DNA of 63,974 nt, counting the filler, from Intoshia linei (lineage: Eukaryota; Animalia; Orthonectida), in NCBI GenBank assembly GCA_001642005.1. It is 13 parts of 13 records of this genome, joined end to end, with 100 filler letters (N's around TTAATTAATTAA, not from the genome) between each part and the next. Parts side by side here need not be neighbours in the genome. Positions count along the whole stretch, not along the records: positions 24,444 to 33,523 come from LWCA01001393.1; positions 33,624 to 34,941 come from LWCA01002673.1; positions 35,042 to 37,138 come from LWCA01002411.1; positions 37,239 to 47,080 come from LWCA01001327.1; 9 more parts are not named here. One strand, written 5' to 3'. Both the position numbers and the translations under genes were made by a program. Positions 28,550 to 41,409 of the stretch are shown here, in pieces. The notes under the pieces are model-generated. The model saw only the letters and a list, made by a program, of their open reading frames with translations, ran no database searches and was not told the DNA's origin. The first letter of the stretch is position 1, and every line of letters begins with the position of its first letter.

Positions 28550-29271
28550 TAGAGTGTCCACTTTTGATATGTGTTTTTTATTAGATAATCCATTTTGAAT
28601 GTGGATGTCTTTTTTGATTTTAAGCATTTATACAAAAAAATAAAATTGGTTAATATTAATATTAATTTATTAATACAATATAATACAATACAAGATTTTA
28701 TTAAAATAAAGTATTAAAGTTATATTTATCAAAAACTGTCGAAGGTATATTTGTTGCTGTGTTCGTAATGACTTTGATGGGGTGCCAATGTTTTGTGGAC
28801 CATTTTGTTTTTTTAAATTAAATTCTAACTCATTTATTTTGGTTTTTACGAAATTCATTTTGAGTTTATAAATAATTTTATTTTAGTTTTTTGATGTTAA
28901 TTATGAGAAATTCAAACATTTTTAAAAACCAAAATAAATGAGTAAAAAAATAAATATATGAGTAAATAGAAATTAATTTAAAAAAATGGTCCACACAGCA
29001 TGGTAAACCCACCAAAGAAATTACTTACATACAATAATCTATACCATAATGTACTTATCTTTATAAATAAAATTAAAGCTGATTATACATAAAATAAACT
29101 TATATTTTACATTTAACATAAATTTTATGTAAACATTTTTATATAAATTTCAATAAATACATTTGAGGGGGGTAAATATTAACCGATTTTAATTTTTTGG
29201 ATTAATACTAAAAATTAAAAAAGAGATCCACGTGCAAAATGGGTTTTTCTAATAAAAAAAGTGGACCCCTA
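28550..29271. mobile_element. Foldback MITE, hAT-like (TAG..CTA ends, 8-bp TSD)
   Basis: TAGAGTGTCCACTTTT..CCATTTTGAATGTGGAT pairs with ATCCACGTGCAAAATGG..AAAAGTGGACCCCTA. Inner arms GTGGACCATTTT / AAAATGGTCCAC also pair. Flanks ATAAATTC / ATAAATAC match 7 of 8. Confidence 0.7.
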
Positions 29272-29294
29272 ATAAATACATTTATATTGAATAA

Positions 29295-29841
29295 TAACTT
29301 ATATAATATGCTACGCGATTTTTGTTTGTGTGTGTCTGTGTGTTCAGCTTTATTTAAATAACTACCCGTCTTAGGATTTTATAAAGTCAACATTTTAATT
29401 ACAGTTTTTTCCGGAGTGTTCGCAAAATAAAATCCAACCTTCCAAACTCACATTTTACAAGTCAAAAACCCCAATTGTCCTTTTTTTTGAAAATCAAACG
29501 AGTTGGAGAATTTAAAAAAATATATATGCTGATACGGATTTTAAAATAATAAACATTATAATGAATTTAAATTTAAAAAAATTATATCTTAAGGGTCAAA
29601 ACCCCAAATTACCCTTCTTTTTTTAATGAAAACAGCCCTAGAATTTAAAAAAATTACAGGTACTACAGTTGTATCTTATTAACACACACAGAAAATTTCA
29701 ATACGAATAAGTGACGACTTCACGATCAAAAAAAAATGTGCAGTGCACGTCTGCACATTTTCAATAAAGAAATATGGGTGAAAATCTATATAATTCATTC
29801 TTTCGGAATTTTTTTTATTTCTTCGCAATTTTTAAATTTCA
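29295..29841 (+). mobile_element. Helitron family A, 5' half
   Basis: TAACTTATATAATATGCTACGCGATTTTTGTTTGTGTG start, colinear with other copies. Confidence 0.8.
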
Positions 29842-30075
29842 TATCTACAATAATAAATAATCCACATATCTACTTTATTTAACATTTCTAATGACCTTTA
29901 AATATGCCAATTTTAGGCACTTTTTCGAACTTTAGGCGCATTTAAAAAAATTTGGACGTTATAAAGAAAAACTGATCTCACCATTTTGTTCAGAATAAAA
30001 ATTGCTTCCAGTTTCACTAAATTGTACTCTTTTTTTCAAAATAAGTTGTTTTTGTAATATGATTGTAATAATTAG

Positions 30076-30623
30076 GATATAATTTTGATATATTTTAACC
30101 TAAATCAAAAAATTGGATCGATTTATTGAGGTCCTGGAACGTACCAGTAGCATCGGCTCCATCGACTGAACCGTTTGTATTGACAAAAAATAAAAATTAC
30201 AATATAAATAATATGCACGAATTATTGTCAAGTGTAAAATTTCCATACGATACGAATAGATGGAATTCAGTAAAATTATTAATAAACAATATTAGGGAAC
30301 CACAAGTTGATTCCATGTGTTTCTTTGGTACTGGATATTATACTATTAAACAATTAGATTATAGATCGACTGATTACCCCACTGGTGATCCAATAAGAAC
30401 ATTTGAAATTTCCGATGGCAGCATCAACTATGAATCTCTTGCTAGGTGTACAAAATGGAAAAAAACCAATTATTTTTGATTCCATCAAATGTTATCGAAT
30501 ACCGAGCATGTGGCTATTCTACAGAATCAAAAAATGATTGAATTGATCTTTAAACATATTAATCAGGGTAATGATCAGCACACTATTAATAAGAAACAAA
30601 CTGAAAAAGGATCGTGTCACTGA
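30076..30623 (+). pseudogene. LCAT / lysosomal phospholipase A2 (PLA2G15-like) terminal exon with two in-frame stops
   Basis: GYNFDIF*PKSKNWIDLLRSW..EPQVDSMCFFGTGYYT..SDGSINYESLARCTKW..NYF*FHQMLSNTEHVAILQN aligns to PPGVEVHCLYGTG..GDGTVNLKS..C..W..EHIEML of LPLA2. TAA at 30096 and TGA at 30477. Confidence 0.75.
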
Positions 30624-30830
30624 TAATAAGTATTGTCATACTTAGTGTATATTGTTGTAGTTGAAATATACCAGGATAGGATGTATTTTTTTTAATAAAC
30701 GAATTTCAACTGTTATGTTTGAACGATACAATAACTAACAAAATATTTAAAATACAATAAAAAAGATGGGACAGATAAAATAAATCAAAAGGTGATTAAT
30801 ATTTATTGAATTTTGTTCATTTTTTTACAT

Positions 30831-31328
30831 TTACTTTTGTTTATTATTTATAATTAATAATGGGTTTTCTTTTGATAAAATATCACTATTAACAGATATT
30901 CCTTCCAGGTATTGCTTCAGTAATGATCTTAAATTTCCGTTTTCCTGAATTTTTACGCTTTTTTCTTTTTCCAATGCAACCTTTTCCAATAATACACGAT
31001 TATAACGCATCCAAAAGTTTTGCATATCTACATAATCTTTCATTTCCTATTAAATATATTTTACATATTTTAAGATCCGAGTGTATGAAATGAACAGGTT
31101 ACTGATTAATTATATTATTATATATAATATATGTATATTACACATGTATTATTAATAAATAGACAAATGAATTACTCCACTAATTTCATATTCAGGTGAT
31201 TCGTTCATGATTTTATTGATTTCTACTTCGTTTTCATCAGTTAACGAATTCTGACAAAAAGGCAAAACTTTTTCCTCTTCGGTTTCAAGTTTACGACAAA
31301 TTTCAATACTCTTTAATATTTTTTCACC
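30831..31328 (-). CDS. CCDC65: CCDC65/DRC2 3' exons, on the opposite strand to the 5' exons
   Basis: AG|GEKILKSIEICRKLETEEEKVLPF and MQNFWMRYNRVLLEKVAL..ENGNLRSLLKQYLEGISVNSDIL..NPLLIIN are the conserved CCDC65 C-terminus. The phase-0 acceptor fits the phase-0 donor at 22816. Confidence 0.9.
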
Positions 31329-31508
31329 CTAAAAAAACGTTCATTTAAAGATATTGAATAAGTTATGGTTCTAAAGTTTCATAAAAAGATTAGTCTGTTA
31401 CAGTTTATTAAAGTTTATCTAGACAAAAGTTTCAACCTCTGGAATTTATTCAGGTAACAGATAAAATTGAATATGTGTACAATGTATAATATGGACCATG
31501 ATTTAGGG

Positions 31509-31804
31509 CAGGACCGGTAACCTTTTGCTTCTCGTTGGCCTTTTTTATATCAAAAAATTCTAAGGGACCCGTTTTGGAAAATTTACACATGATAAATTTC
31601 AATTTTAACTGAAATAAAACGGTTCTAGTATATTCAACAACATAAAATACAGGACGATCTGAAAAAACAGTATTAAAATGATTATAATGGACAAATTATA
31701 GTAGAAAATGTTTAAAACGGTGTTAAAAAATGCAACAATTTAAAAATAAATAATTTACTGATTTATAAAATTTTAATCAAAGGGCCACTGGTTACCGATC
31801 CCTG
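31509..31804. mobile_element. hAT MITE (~295 bp)
   Basis: CAGGACCGGTAACC..GGTTACCGATCCCTG termini, flanks ATTTAGGG/ATTTAGGA. Homologous to 39186-39478. Confidence 0.8.
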
Positions 31805-32498
31805 ATTTAGGATTATTCAATTATGGATTTTTTTAAATTTAAAAAAGAATTGTATAGATAATGATCCCCATTTAATTGGTTGCGGAATGATATACATATT
31901 TTTCATTTTAGTCCAAAAAACACCTGTGTCTTCATTTTTTTCTGATTTCTTAACATTTTTCAAATAAAAAAATATCTCAACATTTTTTCCTAATTGAGTA
32001 AATAAATTAAATTAAAAGCAATTAAGCTTCATGTTTTACATTATTATTGATTATTTTTTAAATCTTAAATAAAGTAAATTCTGAAAATTTCCACAATGAA
32101 TGATTCATCAAATAATTGATTCATAATTGAATCTGAATAATAATTAAAATAAAATAGATAATTACGTAGGGTTAGTCAGTAAATAAATAATTATACCGAT
32201 ACACAAATCAAAAAATTTATTGTTAGATAACACGGTGCGACGAAATTAAAATTTTTTTGACATAACATCATAAGATTACTTTATTCTTAATCTACTCACG
32301 ACTAGAATTTTAACGATATATAGGATCTCATAGTTTCAGATCGTTAAATTATACATAAAAAATGATTATTTAGGCAAAAAAGAATTGTTGTATGAAAATA
32401 ATATTTTGCATTGATCAACCACAGAAAATCTGATACAAGTGCAACTGGATCTTTGCCTTTATATTTTTTTGCAAATTTTTTAATCATGCTATGTACAT

Positions 32499-33523
32499 TA
32501 GGGTGTCAACGGTATCTTAAATGCAGTGCCGCTCAGGAATAATTAGATGCTTATATATATTTAAAGTGTTAATTCCTTGAAAAAAATTATTTTTATACAC
32601 TAATGAACTTGCAGGCTCTAATTAATTTTTCAAAATAATATTTAAACTTTTATCAAAATAAAGATATGTTTACTCTATTTTAAAACATTTATTTATTTTA
32701 ACCTTTTCATTTTAATTTTCTTAGATTTTTAGTAGTATTGTCATGAACAATTGTTAATCTAATCATTAGATTCTAATGCTATAAGGTTTGTCTTTCCAAT
32801 CGTCTTTGTTGGAATATTTTAAATGAGTTCAATAAGATGATCATTGATCAATGATCATTAATAATTAGTTGTATATTATTAGGGTTTTAAATACTTTACA
32901 AATTAAGTCTTAATCTGAAAGATTAATAAACAATAACTTATTATACTATTTCCTTATTATCTACTTAACTATACATACACAAATGTAAAAAATAACTAAA
33001 TTTATGATTATGTAGTTGCGTTTTAGTCATTAATAATTAAACCATAAATACACTACGTATTTTCATTGTTGTAAATCATTTCTGAAAAACCCATCAATTT
33101 ATTGCAATTTTGCCAATTTTCTTTGTTTCACATTTTATTTTTAAGCTACAAAATGAGAAAAGGTATTTTTTTATTATAATAAAAAAACATAATAGGTCAT
33201 TAATCTGTGGTTTTGTTATTAAATTTTACGGATGAGAAACCTTAAATATATAATGTAAATAAATAATTATAGATATAAGATAAAGAAGTAGAGATAAAAT
33301 TGTTGGACCATTTATAGGATTCTTATTTGAGTCTCATAAAATTCTTACAAATAGGAATGTGCTTCGAAGGTTGTTAAAACTAAAGAAAGATAACCAATCA
33401 CTACCATTTCGATGCATTGCAAATGAAATATTCGATATATATGTGAAAACAGGATTATATATTATCAGTGTACATTGAATCGAATTTAAAGTCAAAAAAC
33501 TATTTAATGAGTATCGAGTGGTT
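32499..33523 (+). mobile_element. hAT-superfamily (hATm-like) transposon, 5' part with transposase N-terminus
   Basis: ATGTACAT + TAGGGTGTCAAC at 32499. Frame ~33285-33523 reads KILTNRNVLRRLL..IANEIFDIYVKTGLYIISVH*IEFKVKKLFNEY. Confidence 0.7.
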
Positions 33524-33912
33524 NNNNNNNNNNNNNNNNNNNNNNNNNNNNNNNNNNNNNNNNNNNNTTAATTAATTAANNNNNNNNNNNNNNNNNNNNN
33601 NNNNNNNNNNNNNNNNNNNNNNNTTACCCTATTGTGTCAATTCTTGAAAGATGTAATGATGAAATAAGCAAATTTCAAGTTTTACGTATACACGTATTTA
33701 TGAAATCAGTAGATTTCAGCCGATACGTATATAGGTGGATTCAAAATATCTGAAAATTTCAAACAAAACGTACATAAATGTATTCAAAATTTTTTAAAAA
33801 TACAAAAGGGGTGTTTTAATGAATAATATGACGAAAATACGAAAAGGGTTATATATATTTTAAACTAATAGATATTGAAATTAGATTAAATTTACAATTT
33901 AAATATTATTTA

Positions 33913-34860
33913 TTAACAATTTTCAGATGATTCTTCGGATATGTTCATATCACGCCAAATTAATGTATGATATTCAAAAAAACAAAAGTAGGCACATAAT
34001 GACTTTAAACACACTACACAGTGGTAACACGTTGTCTTTCTTATATTCTTTGAATAACATAAACTACAATTGTTCCTTTTATTGTTAAATTTACTTATTT
34101 TATGGTCCATTAGTAAGGGTACAGTGTTCGTAATTGAAATTGAATTCATTGAACTCACTCAAATATTCAATTAGATCCATCCTGTATTGCAAATGTTTTT
34201 TTACTTTTTTTGGGTATTTAGAGTATTCTTTATATAATACATATGAATTATGAATTAACATATGTATAATATAAATTGAAAATTTAACTGTCCATTTTTT
34301 ATTTCGATGTTTAGAAAAATATGACTTCAACATTTGATCGAATCTATCAACCCCACCCATATTTTTATCAGATTGAGTAATCATATCTGGTTTTGTTATT
34401 GTTGAAGTTTTATGAACATTTTTGATGTTTTGGAATGTGGATATAAAGCAAAGCAATTTTCTATCATGCCATTTTAGTAAATTTATGCTATTTTTTTTTG
34501 GTAATATTCAATATTGTGTTTCTTAAGTTTATTAGTATTCACATACTTAGGAGGGCCTCTATTTTTTCTTCATTTCAACGCAATTAGAAAAAGTATTGTA
34601 ATAGTTATCCATATATAATTTATGATTTTGATGTTCATAATTTTTGGTTAGTTTTCGATTATATTGATGATTGTATTGCTATCTCCAGTGTACAACATGA
34701 TAGAATTTACAAACCCATTTGATGAATCTGCGCATATATACATTTTCAATCCAACTTTTATTGGCTTCATTGGGTTATACGTTTTAAAGTGAAAACGGCC
34801 TTTAAATTTGATGATACCCTCATCGATACTTAAATTTTCACTGGGAGTGATCATTTTGTA
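33913..34860 (-). mobile_element. piggyBac transposase relic
   Basis: LSIDEGIIKFKGRFHFKTYNPMKPIKVGLK, YMDNYY, NMGGVDRFDQ, KKWTVK and C-terminal CSLC..TCYHCVVC..LC..CFFEYH. Frameshifted. Confidence 0.92.
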
Positions 34861-35483
34861 TCATGTTTTTTAGATGTAAAAAAAGGAATGTTATGTTGAT
34901 CCGATTCGGAATACAAATAAAATAATATTAGTCAGTGTAACNNNNNNNNNNNNNNNNNNNNNNNNNNNNNNNNNNNNNNNNNNNNTTAATTAATTAANNN
35001 NNNNNNNNNNNNNNNNNNNNNNNNNNNNNNNNNNNNNNNNNAATTATTTTTCAGGAAGTATATACAGTCGATTTGGCCCTTAAGATATATTATATTAAAA
35101 AAGTAAGAATAATTTAGATCCATATAAAATTTTAAAATTTATTTATGATATTTTTTTAATGTAAAGGTAAATGTTTGAAAAGTTTTTAATTTATCAAACG
35201 ATACTATAAAATAAAAAAATATTATTGGTATTAATTGTATAAATCATACATGCATGAAAAATAGTCTTACATTTATATAGTTTATTTAAATTTTGGATTC
35301 AATCAATAAAAACTAAGTGTTAGTTTTTACGAACACTGGCCGTTAATGCGAAAAAATGATAATAATAGTTAACCCATTAATTAAAAATGATAATCGATTA
35401 ATACGACTAATTTTATCTACTAATACTGATGCCAAAAAATTGAGCTAGAAACAAATTCAAAAAAATAAACTGTATAACTAAAC

Positions 35484-36900
35484 ATGGAGAACAATATTAT
35501 TAAGTCGGTGCCACGTTTAAAAGCTCAAACGCCAATTGCCGTTAAAATAAAGTTGAGTTTTAATTTCTATATAATAGTTTCAAAGTAATATTTAAAATGA
35601 CAAACGCAACTCGAATAGATAGCGTTAAATATTTTTAATTGCGAATTAGTTTTTCTATTTTAAAAATACACACTTTTAGTGCTAATCGAATTCTAAAATT
35701 TTCGAAAAAATGTGATACTCTATGCTTATATTCCATTATTTTTTTTTATACTGTCAATTCTCATTAATTAAAATTATTAGTTTAATAATGATTTGAGTAA
35801 AGATTTTTTTGTGCGGCTCGCGTAATAATTTTTTTGTCATATTTGTCCCGCCAAGAAAATTTAGTCTGATACCCTTGTTCTAGGGCTAATATTTTGGGGT
35901 AGTATTAATATAATGTAATAATATTTAATGAAAAATACTATTCAATTTGAAAAATTCACTTTTCCTAATTTTTTTTTGAAAAATCCGAATGTTCCAAACC
36001 TTTTACCAAGTGTATTTGAACTGTTTAGATCAGATTCTCAAACTGTTTTGTCTAGAGCAATTTACATTTCAAAAAAATCTCTCACATATGTGGACAACGA
36101 TAACCATGTAATTTTAATCATAATAGATAATACCTAATTCTAATTTAAAATGTAACAAAATAATTATTTTGTTATTAATGATAATTTTAATGTATTATAA
36201 ATTATAATTTATAATACATCTTGATAATTTATTAGCATGTTCGATATTTTACAAGCACATTTGTGAAACAGTTATATAATATATTGATATTTTAGAATTC
36301 AATATGCTTACATTATACTGAATACGGTTGCATAAAAGTCTACGAAATTACTGAGAGTAACATTGCTCCAAAAAATACTTGTATAACATTTTCATTCATT
36401 GATTTAATTTAAATTAGATTTACATCAATTTGTAATTGACGCAAACATTTCCAATGAAAATTTTACCAAAGAAATTGATAAAATATATCATAGCACTCAA
36501 ATAACAAACTGTGACATTATGTGGTATGCCCAATTCAAAATGTTGGCAAATTTGGATGTTAAATGCAAAATTAAAAATGTTTTACTAGTTCCAGATCAAG
36601 TTTTAAATAATGATTTTGATGATGTTATACAACAGGTTTATTATTTATTTAATGTATGTCTGAGTTATCACCCGTGCCTATGTGTGCTATTGGTTTTATG
36701 ATGTGTTTCAATGATTTCTGATACAATGCTCCGTGGTTATATAAACATTTAATATTATTGGTGTATTAACTATCAATCTGTACCGTGTTATTTATCGATA
36801 AATTTTGAACGCTAAACTGTACGTTTTTTAATTTAATTCATAGGGACAGATGAAGCTAGTGCGACCATATTTTGAATATATTTGAAATATATTATATAGG
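35484..36900 (+). CDS. Unassigned multi-exon gene
   Basis: GT-AG-bounded open segments (~35484-35552, ~35884-36107, ~36296-36356, ~36418-36636, ~36844-). No domain recognised. Confidence 0.35.
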
Positions 36901-37043
36901 TAAGTCAAAATATAAATTATACATATTATTGTGCTTCATAACTATATTTATAACTATAACTAAACTAACTAATTAACTATTTGGCACAGCAGACCAAATT
37001 TTGAAAATTCGATTGTATATTTGTTTTGGAGTTATATACAATA

Positions 37044-37138
37044 CTAGCTTGCCAGTTTTGTACTACGTACAAACAGCACCTAGTTCTACCGAGGGCACTC
37101 TTTTATTATACCAAAAAAATAAATTCACGTTGAAAATC
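37044..37138 (-). mobile_element. Helitron family A 3' end
   Basis: CTAG..GTACTACGTACAAACAGCACCTAG hairpin. Confidence 0.75.
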
Positions 37139-37238
37139 NNNNNNNNNNNNNNNNNNNNNNNNNNNNNNNNNNNNNNNNNNNNTTAATTAATTAANNNNNN
37201 NNNNNNNNNNNNNNNNNNNNNNNNNNNNNNNNNNNNNN

Positions 37239-37983
37239 CGGTCTGTTTTTTCTACCATTTTCGGCCATCTAGGAATAATTACACTAGCTTCTTATTGTCC
37301 CAAACCTAGAAAATTTGTTAATTTGATCTCATACAAAGCATGATAGCATTAATTTCAACGAAGAGGATAAAAAGAAAAAACCTAACCTTATATTATTTTA
37401 TAATAAAAACAAAGGAGGTGTTAACGTTCATGATTATTTATGTAACGAATACAATACAAAAAGGAATACTATAGGATGGCCTCATTGTTTGTTTAATACT
37501 TTTTACACATTATTTATAAATCGGGAATTGTTATATGCCGAGGAGATAATACTTGAGACATTTGAAAAATCTTTATGTAACGACAACAAATTATTCAGAA
37601 ATTTATCTTTTCAACATCCATGTAATTTTCATATATAAATAGAATAATTATGAATTTTAGCTACATCAATTGCTGTAAAAAGACGAAAATGTTATTTTTG
37701 TGTGACTAATGAGTTCAAAGAAACTAATAATTTGTGCAAAATATGTCCGGTCTACGTTTGCAAAAATCATTCAAATATTGTATGTTCAAATTGCTGTAAA
37801 AACAAAGATTTATAAAACTGAATATATCAATCAGCGTCATATTTATTATCATTGTAATTAAATATTTTATGATATGTAAATTTGTTTATTACATCGTGTC
37901 ACTTTTTCATTTATTAAAAACGACCATATTTGTCCTCTTGTGACTGTTTACGTTTTGAAAAAGCGCGACTAGTAAAGGGTTAA
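37239..37983 (+). mobile_element. piggyBac relic with right terminus
   Basis: KKPNLILFYNKNKGGVNVHDYLC..GWP, Cys-rich RRKCYFC..CKIC..VCKNH..VCSNC. Ends AAGGG|TTAA at 37979-37983. Confidence 0.85.
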
Positions 37984-38332
37984 AACAAAAAAATTGAAAT
38001 AATTAACGGCCCTACAATTAAAAAAAAATTATTCTGATAGAGCTTATTCCGTTTGATATAAATGCAAAATTTTAACCCCAGAAATCTACGCATTCCCGGT
38101 GAAAAATAATTTTTAATTTAAAAATTTTCAAGGTTTCTAAAATTACATAAATACATTTACGAAAAATTGTAAAATTAGAAATAGAATTAGTTTCCATCTG
38201 GTTTATTTATTTACAATTTGTTAATTATTATGATAATAATATTACTCAAAGATTTATGGTAGTTTTACTATTATTATTCAAAATGTATCGTAAATGTTAT
38301 TGATATTTTTTTTTTACTATAAAAATATATAG

Positions 38333-41300
38333 GAACACACTGGAGAGGTAATAGCCTTATCTTACGACACATCTGGAAGATATTTGATATCTGGGTCGTT
38401 TGATAATACCATGTGTCTTTGGGATGTTCATAGTGGCAAGTAACCAAATATTTATACAAAATGTTATTTACTTTATTAGAAAAATCCAAAAATTAATTGG
38501 ACATGACGCTGAAATATCAAATTGTGTTTTTAATTATGATGGATCCTTAATTGCAAGTTCTTCTATGGATTATACAACAAAGCTGTGGTATCCAGGAAGT
38601 GGTAATTTTAGAAATTATATACATTTATAACATGTTGATCCAAACAACGGCATGTAATACGAATGAGAACCGCGCCATGTATTAAAAAAATTTTGATTTT
38701 AACGTTTTCAGTTTTCTGAATGAAAAAATCATTATTGTTTATATTGGGTTTCATTAAAGCAACGGAAACGTTAATCTTTTCGGCCAATAATTTTGATCAT
38801 TTTCAACTTTGACATCTATAAATTTCTGAATCTTTTTTTTTTTGGTTGTCATACTCAATAATATTAGATCTCCTAGTTTATGATATACAAATTAGATTTA
38901 AAAAAATTGTTATACTATATATAATTATTTATTAATGTAAAAATATTAGGAAAATGTGTGACAACACATACTGATCATGCCAATGAAGTAATTGATATTA
39001 CGTTTTCATTAGACGGAGATTTCTTAGCTTCCGCTTCCTGTGATAGAACTGTCATGCTTTATAATGTAAAAAATAATAAAAGAATGTTTGAATTTAAAGG
39101 GCATACAGACGAAGTTTCCCAGGTAAATATTTAACTTTACAAATTTAAATTTCATTAATTTTTCCATGTTAATGATATCATAAATCAGGGGTCGGTAATC
39201 TTTTGCATCTCGTGGACCACTGTTTTTATCAAAAAAATCTAAGGGTCCCGTTTTTGAAAATTTACACATGATAAATTTCAATTTTAACTCAATAGAAACG
39301 GTTCTAGTATATTCAATAAAATAATATCCAAGACGATCTGAAAATTCAGAGCTAAAATGATTATACTGTGCCAATTAGGGTAGAAAAGTTTAAAATTTGA
39401 AAAATTAAAAATAAATAATTTACACATTTACTCAGAGCCACCAAAATTATTCTGTGGGCCACTGGTTGCCGATCCCTGTCATATATGATGTATTATGCAA
39501 AAATATTTACATATATCGAAACTTAATTAATTTAAGCCATTACCTTTTAAAATTTAAGTAAACCTAGATACATGTATGTTACTTTTATATATAATACAAA
39601 TTATAATTATACAAGTTCTCTATTTATACATATGTATTAGTGTGGTTCAAAAAAAATTTTTTAAAAAGTACTTTTGAGTATAGTAGCGTAATCGGATGTA
39701 TAACTTATAAAAATGAATACATTTGGTAACGAGTAATTATATTAAGTACTAGCAATAACTTCAATAGTGTACTACTAGAAACATATATTTCATGTAGAAA
39801 ATGAATTAACACAATATATTCATTCTAGAGCAGTGTTTCCCAACCTTTTTTATGCTAGGCCCACTTTTACTCTTAAAAAAATTCAAGCGAATTATAATAA
39901 AATAATGATAAAATTGAGCCTGACGATTCTGACAGAGTTTATTAATATTAGGTACTAATGTTGTAAGCTTTAATCGTAAATCTCCTATTTTTGAAATCTG
40001 TAGTCTATTTATTTTTTTGTCAGTAAGTCTAAAACTGCATTAAACCCGCATTCTGCTAAATAAGAGGATTGAAATGGCAACAAAACAATCCCAGCAAAAG
40101 TAGTTGGATAATTTTGTAAATTTGGCATATACTCATCAATTTAGTTAAATTTGAATTCAATAGCCCATGATCATTAAAGATATATTTGCTTTTTGTCATT
40201 GTAATAATTTAATAATACAATTAATTGGTTTAAGTATCACACAACCACTTATAAATTTGAGAATATTGTATAAAATTTACAATAAATTAATCTAAAGTTT
40301 CATAATCCTATAAATTTGTAATATTTTCCAGTTCCCACCAAAAATTTCGTCATGGCCACCAGTGGGGTCTGGCCCACGGTTGGGAAACACTGATCTATAT
40401 GAATCATTTTGAAAAATTTCCCATCAAATTTTATAACAAAATTTTATTTAATTGAATCGTCTAATTTTGGCAATGTTAAAATTTTGTTATGTATAAAGTT
40501 TAAACCTTAGAAAAGCTCGAATTAGAAATGATTGAATCGTGATTGATGAAATCGCAATATTTGTAGTAAAACAAAAAAGGAGAGGATAACAGTTTTATTT
40601 TGTGTCTATGACCGGAGAAAAGTCTGAATTACTTTTTACTGGAATATAGAAAAATTTGTATAAATAAATTTACATTAAAATATATTACCATAATCGAATA
40701 AATAATTTTATGTAAATTGAATTAAACATTTAAAAATAGGTAACCTTTAATTCAAATGCAACACAAATATTGTCAGCAAGTGGAGATCATGTAATTATAA
40801 TTATTTGCATGTTCTTATATACATATACAGCCAAGATCGTTAAGAGTTTGCAGTAGGCCCGGTGGATGGAAATTTTAGGCCATATAAAATAATTTTCAAA
40901 AATGGACAACTGTTCAAATATGGGTTATAAAACAGGGTAGCCCATTGATTCAATGTTCCCTGTAAATCATAAATTTAAATTTTTGAACAATGGTCAACAA
41001 AAATATTAGTCATTTCCCCATTTCATCGTGAAAACGACGGATATATGTATGACTGTATGCGGACTTTCAATACTAATATCTTTGAGTTTAGATTGATCTT
41101 AACCATCTTTTTAGTTTTTATATCCAATTTATTAACAATAAAATGATAATATTTTAATGATCTTAGACTTGTCGTTTGTGGGACACCAATACCGGTAAAT
41201 GTGTTCAAGTTCTAAAAGGCCACACCGATGATGTTTTTGGCTGTTCTTTTAATTATGACGGAGATTACATTATAACTGGTAAATTAAATATATTTTTAAT

Positions 41301-41382
41301 AATTTACTATTTAAAAATTCAAAATATATACATAAATCTAGGAAGTAAAGATAATACATGCCGTATTTGGAAATCTTTGTAA
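38333..41382 (+). CDS. DAW1: Dynein assembly factor with WD repeats 1 (ODA16/WDR69), 3' exons
   Basis: [74 protein letters not shown] matches the DAW1 C-terminus. 5' exons not seen in this contig. Confidence 0.88.
39186..39478. mobile_element. hAT MITE in DAW1 intron
   Basis: CAGGGGTCGGTAA..TTGCCGATCCCTG termini; TSD TCATAAAT/TCATATAT. Confidence 0.82.
39831..40392 (-). mobile_element. Buster/Charlie-type hAT deletion derivative in DAW1 intron
   Basis: 15-bp TIR CAGTGTTTCCCAACC/GGTTGGGAAACACTG. Minus strand keeps [30 protein letters not shown] (hAT dimerisation region). Confidence 0.85.
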
Positions 41383-41409
41383 TTTATAATGTCATTAAAT
41401 TATAACGTT

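Noticed and set aside
30477-30479. In-frame TGA as selenocysteine, readthrough or alternative genetic code
   Set aside because: A second in-frame TAA lies in the same exon, the position is not a conserved Cys/Trp, and intact neighbouring genes use the standard code.
39024-39374. 116-aa minus ORF, and 46511-46786 ORF
   Set aside because: Derived from a non-coding MITE and a Helitron respectively.
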